Assembly: GCA_016186395.1 (NCBI GenBank)
Contig: JACPLU010000003.1
Location: 11,883 to 75,882, forward strand
Length of the DNA: 64,000 nucleotides
Direction of reading: 5' to 3'
From: Parcubacteria group bacterium
GTDB taxonomy: Bacteria > Patescibacteriota > Minisyncoccia > 2-02-FULL-40-12
A program made the translations under genes and the position numbers. Each line of letters starts with the position of its first letter. Positions within the stretch are counted from its first letter, which is position 1. Shown here piece after piece: positions 1 to 8,368 of this stretch. The notes under the pieces were generated by a model. That model was not told the DNA's origin. It saw nothing but the letters and a program-made list of their open reading frames with translations, and searched no databases.

Positions 1-71
1 GAAAAGGGCGGAGGCGTAGGGAAACCGAGTGCGAATAGTGCGTTTACCCGCCTACATTTTTAGATTTTAAC

Positions 72-113
72 AAAAAAAACAGCTGACTGAATTTATGTTT
101 CAATACAGCTGTT
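72..113 (-). terminator. Intrinsic terminator for the antisense ORF
   Basis: AACAGCTG...CAGCTGTT stem followed by a T8 run on the minus strand. Confidence 0.55.
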
Positions 114-148
114 ACCACTACCACCGAAATTAAATTCTGACGGATTTC

Positions 149-376
149 TTAGTCAACCAGTAGTTTAAGGACCTCCTCGTCTTCGTTGTAAAAACCGAGG
201 AGTTCACCGAGATGATTAATCACAGTGGACTTTTGAATCCAGTTTGGAACATCCGTTGCTCCAGCGAGCCTCACTTTCGTGTAGACAACGACTTCGCTTT
301 GTGTGCCTTCCAAAAGAGCCTCAACAGAACATTTCCGAATGAATTTATCACCTTTTTTTAAGTCTTTAAATTTCAT
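149..376 (-). CDS. 75-aa hypothetical protein, antisense within the 23S insertion
   Basis: ORF MKFKDLKKGDKFIRK...; AAGGAGG just upstream of the ATG at 376; upstream promoter and downstream terminator. Confidence 0.7.
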   Translation of the reverse strand: MKFKDLKKGDKFIRKCSVEALLEGTQSEVVVYTKVRLAGATDVPNWIQKSTVINHLGELLGFYNEDEEVLKLLVD

Positions 377-427
377 TGTCTCCTCCTTGAAGTAAAGAAC
401 GCGTTTGTTGAAATAGCAGTATATACT

Positions 428-456
428 ATGGTAGCATATACTTTTGTTTTTGTCAA
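428..456 (-). promoter_or_regulatory. sigma70-type promoter for the antisense ORF
   Basis: Minus strand TTGACA-17 nt-TACCAT, with TG one base before the -10 box. Confidence 0.6.
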
Positions 457-998
457 TTGAATCTAAAAATGTAGGCGGGATTTGTCTCATACTTAAGACC
501 CGAAGCCGGGTGAGCTACCCATGGCCAGGATGAAGTTCCGCGAAAGCGGAATGGAGGTCCGAACCCACGCATGGCGCAATATGCGGGGATGAGCTGTGGG
601 TCGGAGTGAAAAGCTTATCGAACCCGGTAATAGCTGGTTCTCTCCGAAATGCCTTTAGGGGCAGCGTCGGATTATGTTAAGTTGGGGGTAGAGCACTGAT
701 TGGATTTCCGTGCCCTTATGGGTAGGTTTTCCAGCCAAACTCCGAATACCAATTTAATTACTCCGGCAGTGAGACTACGGGGGCGAAGCTCCGTGGTCGC
801 GACGGGAACAGCCGTGATCTCAAGTTAAGGTCCCTAAATTAAGGTTAAGTGTGAAAGGTAGTGAAGACGCTCAAACAACCAGGAGGTTTGCTTAGAAGCA
901 GCCATCCTTTAAAGAGTGCGTAACAGCTCACTGGTCGAGCTTTTTTGCGCCTAAGATGTAACGGGGCTAAAACCTTATACCGAAACTGAGGGTTATCT

Positions 999-1108
999 GT
1001 GGCTCATCGATGCGTCTAAGGTCAAATGACTAAGGACTAAAGCTGAAAGGTTTAATTTTTGGCTTTAGACTTTAGACTCTAGACTTTAGTCGTGACGATG
1101 AGTCACGG
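999..1108 (+). repeat. 110-bp hairpin element, copy 1, in 23S helix 45 region
   Basis: 109/110 identical to 2085-2194; ends GTGGCTCATCG/CGATGAGTCAC pair; internal heptamer repeats. Confidence 0.92.
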
Positions 1109-1649
1109 GTAGCGGTAGGAGAGCGCTTCATGTGCAGTGAAGCCTACGACGTGAGTCGGGGTGGAGCGCATGGAGGTGAGAATGTTGGCATGAGTAACCA
1201 CAATCCGCCTGAAAACGGCGGACGCCGAAAGCCTAAGGATTCCTCCGCGATGGCAATCATCGGAGGGTTAGGCGGCCCTAAGCATAAGTCAGGTTTTGGC
1301 CTGGCGAATGCGATGGACAGCCGGTTAATATTCCGGCCCTTCCTTATATTTTTAAGGAGCCCGGAGCTTAGTAGACTTGGCATATTATTGGATTTATGTT
1401 TGTGATATAAGAATGCGTCTTTGGAAAATCCGGGATGCTGTCTTTAATGACGAATTTAAATATTATGAAAACCCTGGTAACAGGGAATCAAGTTGAGCAA
1501 GCTTCCTAGAAAAACTTCTAAAATTATGTATAAGGAGTCCGTACCGCAATCCGACACAGGTAGGCAGCCAGGGAAACTGGTAAGGCGAACGGGTGAATGG
1601 TGGCTAAGGAACTCGGCAAAACAGCGGGCGTAAGTTCGCAATATGCCCT

Positions 1650-1970
1650 GCCAGCCGTAGATTTTAGTTTTTAATTTAGTTATAAAGTATCCATGTACTG
1701 TATTTATCTAATTCAGCATTCTGTAACAAAACAAATTTATATTGGTCTAACCAATGATTTGAAACGTCGGTTGTATGAACATAATGCTTCACAACAGAAA
1801 GCGACCAAAAGAAAAATTGGAGAATGGGTTTTAGTTTATGCAGAGGCATACAGAAATAAGACGGACGCTCAAATTAGAGAAAGAAAGTTGAAGCAACACG
1901 GAAGTAATAAACGTTGGTTAAAGGACAGAATTAAGTACAGTTTATTTGAAGATTAAAATCTACGGCTGGC
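1650..1970 (+). mobile_element. 23S rRNA insertion (helix 63 region) closed by a 17-bp inverted repeat and carrying a GIY-YIG gene
   Basis: GCCAGCCGTAGATTTTA (1650-1666) / TAAAATCTACGGCTGGC (1954-1970). Confidence 0.9.
1693..1956 (+). CDS. Small GIY-YIG nuclease family protein
   Basis: CIYLI...IYIGLT.DLKRRLYEHN...YAEAY...A..RERKLK pattern. Confidence 0.92.
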   Translation: MYCIYLIQHSVTKQIYIGLTNDLKRRLYEHNASQQKATKRKIGEWVLVYAEAYRNKTDAQIRERKLKQHGSNKRWLKDRIKYSLFED

Positions 1971-2084
1971 CGCAGCGAATGACCTCTGGGGACTGTTTAT
2001 CAAAAACACAGCTCTCTGCTAACTCGAAAGAGGATGTATAGGGGGCGACGCTTGTCCAATGCTGGAACGTTAACGGTGATGGTC

Positions 2085-2194
2085 GTGGCTCATCGATGCG
2101 TCTAAGGTAAAATGACTAAGGACTAAAGCTGAAAGGTTTAATTTTTGGCTTTAGACTTTAGACTCTAGACTTTAGTCGTGACGATGAGTCACGG
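2085..2194 (+). repeat. 110-bp hairpin element, copy 2, in 23S helix 68 region
   Basis: Differs from 999-1108 by one base (GGTCAAAT vs GGTAAAAT). Confidence 0.92.
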
Positions 2195-2247
2195 CTGGAG
2201 CCCGAAGCGCCAGTCAATGACGGCAATAACCATAATTGTCCAAAGGT

Positions 2248-2480
2248 GAATCGCATTGCCTTTGTAAAATCCGACTATATCGGTGAACATCTCACTAAGA
2301 CGTGAGACAATACCGAGGCAATCCGTGAAAACGGAGAGTCCGTAGAGACTAAACGTCGGATCCTGAGCAAGCCGAAAGGCTAGTTGAAGGAAAGATATAG
2401 TCCGAACTGCATGGCGACATGCAGAAATGAGCAGAAATGTCTCGTTCCGCCGAGTCTGATTCGGCGAAGTAACAATGTTG
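2248..2480 (+). ncRNA. ORF-less group I intron at about L1931
   Basis: Exons rejoin as CCAAAGGT|AGCGCAATTCC; U before and G at the end; core elements ATATCGGTGAA, AATACCGAG, GTAGAGACT, AAGATATAGTCC. Confidence 0.9.
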
Positions 2481-2500
2481 AGCGCAATTCCTTTCCGGGT

Positions 2501-3206
2501 AAGTTACGGAACTTGCCCCATGAAGAAGTGATTCTTTATGCAAAGTCGGCTTATAACGGTGGAGCCTGTTTCATGATAAAATGGAATAGAGAATACCGTG
2601 GGAAGTTGTCTTGACCTAACTCAAGATTAACCCCGTAACGACTGAGGCGAAAGCCACAATGGCGTTTTTTGAAACGTCATTATACGCCGACCCCTTAGGA
2701 TATTATGAGGAATATCGAAGAATATATTTCTGGATATGTTGATGGCGAAGGATGTTTTACTGTAACTTTTAACAAAAGGGATAAAGCAAAAATTGGTTGG
2801 GAATTAAGACCAAGTTTTTCAGTCAGTCAGAATGAAGAAAGACGACAGGTGCTAGATATTATACAGAAATATTTTGGATGTGGTTTTATTCGAAGAGATT
2901 ATTCAGACAGAACAGTAAAATTTGAAATTCGAGACCACATACAACTTAGAGATAGGGTTATTCCTCATTTTGAGAGATTTCCATTGCTCTCAAATAAACA
3001 AAAAGATTTTGAATTGTTTAGAGAAGTATGCAAAATTATTGATCATGGAGGTCATCTTACAAAAAGTGGATTTATTAAGATTGTAAATTTTGCTTATCGA
3101 ATGAATGGATCTGGTAAGCGTAAAAGAACTTCCCAAGAAATAATTCGAAATCTTAAATGATACTTAAGGTGATGATATAGTCTATAGTCTTAATTTAAAG
3201 ATTAAG
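2501..3206 (+). mobile_element. Group I intron at about L1951 with homing endonuclease gene
   Basis: Exons rejoin as TTCCGGGT|AAGTTCCGG; P1 GGGT-AAGTT/AACTT-GCCC with U.G pair; core ATAACGGTGGA, AATACCGTG, GTAACGACT, GATATAGTCT; terminal G. Confidence 0.9.
2705..3160 (+). CDS. Single-motif LAGLIDADG homing endonuclease
   Basis: YISGYVDGEGCF motif; F.V.Q, YFGCG.I, VIPHFERFPL..KQKDF. Confidence 0.95.
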   Translation: MRNIEEYISGYVDGEGCFTVTFNKRDKAKIGWELRPSFSVSQNEERRQVLDIIQKYFGCGFIRRDYSDRTVKFEIRDHIQLRDRVIPHFERFPLLSNKQKDFELFREVCKIIDHGGHLTKSGFIKIVNFAYRMNGSGKRKRTSQEIIRNLK

Positions 3207-3453
3207 AAGTTCCGGAGCGCATGAAAAGCGGAACCACTGGAGGACTGTCTCAGCCACTGGCCCGGTGAAAATGCAATGTCAGTAAAGATGCTGACTACCC
3301 GCACCAAGACGGAAAGACCCCGGAAGCTTTACTGTCTCTTGGTATTGGTCTATGAGTTTGGATGCGTAGTGTAGTGGGTAGGATTTGAAGTCCACCTTTT
3401 GGGGTGGATGGATCCAACAATGAAACACCCATCTTTCAGATTTATAGCTCTAA

Positions 3454-3797
3454 CTGGTGACACCCTAGAAGGAAAATTTATAAGGAGGAGATTCTATAAT
3501 GCTATTTGAAGGTTCTCCTAGCCCAACATTTGAAGAAGAAGAAAAGTTTGGATTTAATCTATCAACAAAAATTTATGTTCATATTAATTCACCTCTTTTA
3601 GGTGAAAATGGTAATAAGATAGAAAAGAAATTTGGTGTATTAATCCATCTTTTAACTGGAAAACACGCGAGATTCAAATTAGCTGATCAATTTCGAGTAT
3701 ATGGAAGTGCGGCTAATGTGATAAAATTTTTGAGTAGTTATTTTCAATAAATTTCCTTTTGACAAGCTAGTCTTGTCTCTTTCTAGGGTTTCATCAG
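3454..3797 (+). mobile_element. 23S rRNA insertion extending helix 79, with orphan ORF
   Basis: CTGGTGACACCCTAGAA pairs with TTCTAGGGTTTCATCAG; rRNA resumes GACAGTGCCTGGTGG. Confidence 0.85.
3499..3750 (+). CDS. 83-aa hypothetical protein in 23S insertion
   Basis: ORF fills the AT-rich insertion; AAGGAGG at ~3482. Confidence 0.55.
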   Translation: MLFEGSPSPTFEEEEKFGFNLSTKIYVHINSPLLGENGNKIEKKFGVLIHLLTGKHARFKLADQFRVYGSAANVIKFLSSYFQ

Positions 3798-4168
3798 GAC
3801 AGTGCCTGGTGGACAGTTTGAATGGGGCGTTTCCCTCCTAAAGAGTAACGGAGGGGTCCATAAGGTACCCTAGTCCCGGATGGAAATCGGGACGATAGTG
3901 TAAAAGCATAAGGGTGCTTGACTGCAAGGCAAACGTGCCGCGCAGGTGCGAAAGCAGGGTTTAGTGAACCGACCGTGGCTGGTAGGAGCGCGGAAGATTA
4001 TCGGATAAAAGCTACTCCGGGGATAACAGGCTAGTACCGCCCGAGCGTCCATAGCGACGGCGGTGTTCGGCACCTCGATGTCGGCTCGGCTTATCCTGGC
4101 GGTGAAGAAGCTGCCAAGGGTTGGGCTGTTCGCCCATTAAAAAGCTACGCGAGCTGGGTTCAGACCGT

Positions 4169-4631
4169 TAAGAATCTGAATCATAAATCATGAAACTTGA
4201 AACATCTTGTTTCGGTTTGATTTGGTTTTTTAACAGTCTGAATCCGAGGATATTCAAAAGACATCATTTAACGGCGGCACTATATAGGAATATATAGTGT
4301 GAAGTTGACCATATCGGTGAAATCCCATTGGGATAACACCTAGGGAAGTTTGTAAACTTTATTGAAGTTCTTTTTTGGGAGGTGTAGCTCAAGAGTATTG
4401 TATGATGAAAGGCGAAAGTCGGGGACTCATACAGTAGCGAGAGCACTGGACTCTGGATCCAGAGGTTGCAGGTAAAAATCCTATCACCACCCACCAATTT
4501 TTGAGTAATCAATATTTGGCACTTCAATAAAGTTTACAAATCCCGTAGAGACTATACGTCAGCCACCCTAATTGAGCTTAGCTCAGCGGGTGAAGATATA
4601 GTCCAGTGCATACAGCAATGTATGAAACATG
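4169..4631 (+). ncRNA. Group I intron at about L2593, no endonuclease ORF, contains a tRNA-like element
   Basis: Exons rejoin as TTCAGACCGT|CGTGAGACAG; core ATATCGGTGAA, GTAGAGACTATA, AAGATATAGTCC; terminal G. Confidence 0.9.
4377..4496 (+). tRNA. tRNA-Gln(CUG)-like element with enlarged D-loop and degenerate T-arm, inside the intron
   Basis: GGGAGGTG-TA-GCTC...GAGC-A-CTGGA-CTCTGGA-TCCAG-AGGTT-GCAGG-TAAAAAT-CCTAT-CACCACCC-A-CCA. Confidence 0.6.
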
Positions 4632-4693
4632 CGTGAGACAGGTTGGTCCTTATCTGGTGTGGGCGTTAAGACTTGAGGGGAGCTGCTCCTAGT

Positions 4694-5437
4694 AGAATTT
4701 GCTACTTTAAGGAGTAATCCTTAATGACAATCCGACTTATAACGGTGGAACCTTATTGCAACTTGATTTGTTGATAACCAGAATTATCCTAATCCAATAA
4801 TTCTGGTACAATTTACTTGAGGACAAGATAGTAATAAGACAATACCGTGGGAAGTCATTCTAAAAACGATTTAGCATATATTTCCGGTTTTCTTGATGGA
4901 GACGGAAGTTTAATGTTGCAGATCAAAAAGTATAAGTACAATAAGTCAGGAAAAAGATTCATGGTAACTATTTGTTTCTATCAGGATTCAAGACACGACA
5001 AACCTCTTTATTGGATCCGTAAGATATTCGGGATAGGGTATATATCTAAAAGAAATGACGGTATTACTGAATTAAGAATAAATGGATATTCTAGAGTAAG
5101 AATAATTTTAGAAAAACTATTGCCGTTTATTAAGTTTAAGAAGAAGCAAGCAAGAATTCTTTATAAAGCGAGTAAATTACTCGAAAAAGAAAAAAAACTT
5201 AAAAAGACTTCCATGATTCGACTCGTAGATTACATAGTAAGAATCCAAGAGGAAAATTATGTGACAAGAAAAAAGAGATCGAAAGATGATTTATTAAAAT
5301 TTTTAGGATTGACCCCGTAACGACTCATCTTTAAAATAGATGGATGGCTGTTTTTAAACAGTCATAATATGTCGGCTCCCATCTTTGTCGATGGGATGAA
5401 GATATAGTCTACTCTTCTGGTGACAGAAGAAAATGTG
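4694..5437 (+). mobile_element. Group I intron in the sarcin-ricin loop (about L2656) with homing endonuclease gene
   Basis: Exons rejoin as GCTCCTAGT|ACGAGAGGA; core ATAACGGTGGAA, AATACCGTG, GTAACGACT, AAGATATAGTCT; terminal G. Confidence 0.92.
4847..5320 (+). CDS. Single-motif LAGLIDADG homing endonuclease
   Basis: LAYISGFLDGDGSL motif; F.Q, FGIG.I, LLPFIKFKKKQA. Confidence 0.95.
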   Translation: MGSHSKNDLAYISGFLDGDGSLMLQIKKYKYNKSGKRFMVTICFYQDSRHDKPLYWIRKIFGIGYISKRNDGITELRINGYSRVRIILEKLLPFIKFKKKQARILYKASKLLEKEKKLKKTSMIRLVDYIVRIQEENYVTRKKRSKDDLLKFLGLTP

Positions 5438-5517
5438 ACGAGAGGATTGGAGTGGGGAAACCTCTGGCGTACCAGTAGTCCTGCCAAGGGCGTCGCTGGG
5501 TATCTATGTTTCCAAGT

Positions 5518-5548
<31 letters not shown>

Positions 5549-5713
5549 ATGCCCCAAGATTAGGTCTTTCTCTCCTGGAAGACTACCAGGTTGATAGGAT
5601 TCAGGTGTAAGCGCGGCAACGCGTTCAGCCGAGAATTACTAATAGAGAAACAATTTATTTTACCTTTTTTATAAATTCACCGAATACATAGTTTAAGAAT
5701 TGAAAAGACTAAT

Positions 5714-5846
5714 TTGGCGATAATGCCGAGTGTGTCCCACCTCTGGTTTGTTTACAAGCCTTAATCCATTCCGAACAGAGAAGTGAAATCACTCAGGGCC
5801 GATGGTAGTTCGAGCTTAGCTCGAGCCAGAGTAGGTCGTCGCCAGA
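5714..5846 (+). rRNA. rrf: 5S rRNA with a small extra hairpin
   Basis: TGGCGA...CCCACC...CCATTCCGAAC...AAGTGAAA...GCCGATGGTAGT...GAGTAGGTCGTCGCCA; flanking AAAAGACTAAT/ATTAGTCTTTT stem. Confidence 0.93.
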
Positions 5847-6014
5847 TTAGTCTTTTTAATTTGCTCTGTCACCAGGTCCAGCATAGCCACGCACCTTTTG
5901 TAAAACAAAAGGTGCGAGAGTACAAAAAATTAGTGCTGGGCTCCCTGTCCTGTCCGGCAGGCGGGGATGCGGGGCTTCTTGCAATAAAACAGATATTCGC
6001 GGTACGATTGAAGC

Positions 6015-6782
6015 ATGTCGCAGTTACGTTTAGTTAAGCAAATAGTTTATGCATTTATTTTAATATTGTTGATTCTTTTGATTGGTTTTGGTTTGTTCTC
6101 TCTTTTTAAACCAACAGAGCCAATTCAAACTTCCACTGCTTCACCTGTAAAACCACTTATTGTTGAAAATTCCTATCTAATTTCGCAAGGTATATTAGAT
6201 TACGACGTTTTAGTAACTGTCAGAAATCCAAATGTTGATTATGGTGCTTCAGAATTTGAATACGAGCTTAAATTTTCTGATATTCAAGGGAATCCAATAA
6301 AAACTGTTAAAGAAAAATCTTATATTTTACCGGGGCAGAGGAAGTATTTAATTTTTTCAGCGTTTAGACCACAAAGTGAAGTGTCTAACGTGCAGGTTGA
6401 AATTAATCAAGTTGTGTGGTCAAAATTGAAATCTTTTGTGGAGCCGTCGGCTTTATTTTTTGTGAAACAACAGAACTTAAGGAAAGAAGGGAGCTTGTTT
6501 ATTTTAGATGCTGTTATTTCCAATATTTCTAATTTTGATTTTGATACTGTTAATATTGTTGTTAGACTTGAGGGTTCCGGAGTAGACCCAGTAGCTGTGG
6601 GCGTAAGAAGAGAGGATACATTTATTTCTAAAACAGACAGGAGTGCTCGTCTTGTTTGGACTAAAGATTTTGGTCAGCCAATAACCGGGATAACAATAGA
6701 AACCTATACAAATGTGTTTAAAAATGATAATTTTTTACGTGATAAAGGAGGAGAGATTGAAAAATTTCAACAATTCTTTTGA
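6015..6782 (+). CDS. Membrane-anchored hypothetical protein with beta-rich extracellular domains
   Basis: 255-aa ORF with N-terminal TM helix; V.NPN..YG and YILPG motifs. Confidence 0.8.
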   Translation: MSQLRLVKQIVYAFILILLILLIGFGLFSLFKPTEPIQTSTASPVKPLIVENSYLISQGILDYDVLVTVRNPNVDYGASEFEYELKFSDIQGNPIKTVKEKSYILPGQRKYLIFSAFRPQSEVSNVQVEINQVVWSKLKSFVEPSALFFVKQQNLRKEGSLFILDAVISNISNFDFDTVNIVVRLEGSGVDPVAVGVRREDTFISKTDRSARLVWTKDFGQPITGITIETYTNVFKNDNFLRDKGGEIEKFQQFF

Positions 6783-6839
6783 CCCTGAAGCATGAAACAT
6801 GAGTCGTGCATCAAAAGGTTTAAAGATGTTTCATGTTTC

Positions 6840-7919
6840 ATGTTTCATGATTTGAGAAAATTAGATTGGTGGCTTTTGACCCCTGTACTCGCTTTATTTT
6901 TAGCGAGTCTTTTAAACTTATACGGCATCGGAGGTTTTGATTCTTTCTTTATAAAACAACTTATTTTTGTATTAGTCGGTCTTGTTCTGTTATTATTTTT
7001 TGTTAGTATTGATTTTAGAATCTTTAGGGAATCAAGTATATTACCATCATTACTTTATGTTGCGTCTCTAATATTTTTATTCGGCACTCTATACTCTTCA
7101 GAAGTTCGCGGTATTAAAGCCTGGTTTTTTATAGGATCTTTTGGGTTTGAACCATCTGAAATTACAAAGTTAGCTTTAATATTATTTCTAGCTAAGTTTT
7201 TTTCGAGTAACGGCGGGCAAAGAACTAACCAACCCTTCTCATTGGGGATATCTTTGATATATACCCTAATTCCTATTGGCTTCATACTTTTACAACCAGA
7301 TTTTGGTTCGGCAGCAGTTTTAGGCGCTATATGGCTAAGTGCGTTAATGAATTTTAAAATCAAAAAGACACATATGCTATTTTCGACAGGTGTTTTGGTG
7401 TTGCTTGGTATTGTGATTTGGATTTTTATGCTCGCGCCGTATCAAAAAGCTAGATTTACTGCTTTTTTAGATCCGTTGGAAGATCCGCGCGGTTCCGGTT
7501 TTCAGAATCTTCAAGCTCAAATTTCAGTTGGTTCCGGAAACTGGTTGGGTTACGGTGTACAAAATGCTACTCAAGTTAAACTTGGTTATTTGTCAGAGCC
7601 AAGAAATGATTTTGCATTTGCGGCCTTTGCCCAACAGTTTGGTTTTTTAGGTACTTCTTTGGTCGTAATTTTGTATGGTTTATTTTTATATAGACTGTCC
7701 TCCATAGGGATATTTACAAAAGACCGATTTGTTCATATATTTGTTTTTGGATTTTTAATTTTTATTTCTACTCATTTAATTATTAATATTGGAATGAATA
7801 TCGGCGTTTTGCCTGTCACAGGAATTCCACTATCCTTTTTTAGTTATGGTGGGAGTCATCTATTAACTTTGATGTCTGGGCTTGGCATTGTTCAAAGTAT
7901 AAAGGTTCATACTTCTTAA
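6840..7919 (+). CDS. rodA: Rod shape-determining protein RodA (SEDS family)
   Basis: EPSEITK, LLQPDFGSA, YQKARF.AFLDP, NDFAF, NIGMNIGVLPVTGIPL.FFSYGGS; start placed after the heptamer repeat (ORF is open from 6792). Confidence 0.9.
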   Translation: MFHDLRKLDWWLLTPVLALFLASLLNLYGIGGFDSFFIKQLIFVLVGLVLLLFFVSIDFRIFRESSILPSLLYVASLIFLFGTLYSSEVRGIKAWFFIGSFGFEPSEITKLALILFLAKFFSSNGGQRTNQPFSLGISLIYTLIPIGFILLQPDFGSAAVLGAIWLSALMNFKIKKTHMLFSTGVLVLLGIVIWIFMLAPYQKARFTAFLDPLEDPRGSGFQNLQAQISVGSGNWLGYGVQNATQVKLGYLSEPRNDFAFAAFAQQFGFLGTSLVVILYGLFLYRLSSIGIFTKDRFVHIFVFGFLIFISTHLIINIGMNIGVLPVTGIPLSFFSYGGSHLLTLMSGLGIVQSIKVHTS

Positions 7920-7928
7920 CTGGGGTTA

Positions 7929-7970
7929 TGTTCGGGCGATCATACGTCCAGGGCGTATGATCGCCCGAAC
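7929..7970. repeat. Perfect palindrome downstream of rodA (REP-like or terminator)
   Basis: GTTCGGGCGATCATACG-TCCAGGG-CGTATGATCGCCCGAAC. Confidence 0.7.
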
Positions 7971-8117
7971 ATTTTGTAAGACAAAATGTTTTAGGGGGTT
8001 GACCTCCACCTAACTTTTATGGAAACTTGATTAGTTTAACTATATAATTGTTTTAATTAATATCTAGTAATTCCATCTATTAAAATAAAAGTTAGATAGG
8101 GGTGGACAACGAGGGGC

Positions 8118-8146
8118 TTGACACCTTTTTTTCATAAGAGTAAGAT
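8118..8146 (+). promoter_or_regulatory. Probable sigma70 promoter for rpoBC
   Basis: TTGACA-17 nt-TAAGAT. Confidence 0.5.
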
Positions 8147-8368
8147 AATAACGCTTTACTTGAACCCTTAATTTTTCCATATTTTACTGTATTTTTTGTT
8201 GGCTGCTAATTTTTAAAACATTTAAATCCCCAATAACCCTAACCCAGATGTCGGGCTAGTTTTTTCTTGTGCACCTGTAACTATGGGTGTCAATTCATCA
8301 ACTCAACGGCAAAAGATTTATTACGAAATATGAAATAGACGGTTTTCATATACTCGTTAATCTTTATT

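Larger units (their letters stand above)
47..479 (+). mobile_element. 23S rRNA insertion (near E. coli ~655) closed by a perfect 20-bp inverted repeat
   Basis: CCCGCCTACATTTTTAGATT (47-66) is the reverse complement of AATCTAAAAATGTAGGCGGG (460-479); rRNA motifs resume on both sides. Confidence 0.9.

Noticed and set aside
4393-4438. Hammerhead ribozyme or riboswitch in the tRNA-like D-loop insert (TGATGA...GAAA)
   Set aside because: The CUGAUGA core and three-stem layout are not satisfied; only a hairpin with a GNRA loop is supported.
1130-4527. ORFs 1130-1405, 1144-1383, 1456-1641, 2349-2543, 2384-2614, 3870-4073 and 4264-4527
   Set aside because: They overlap conserved rRNA or intron core sequence; chance frames.
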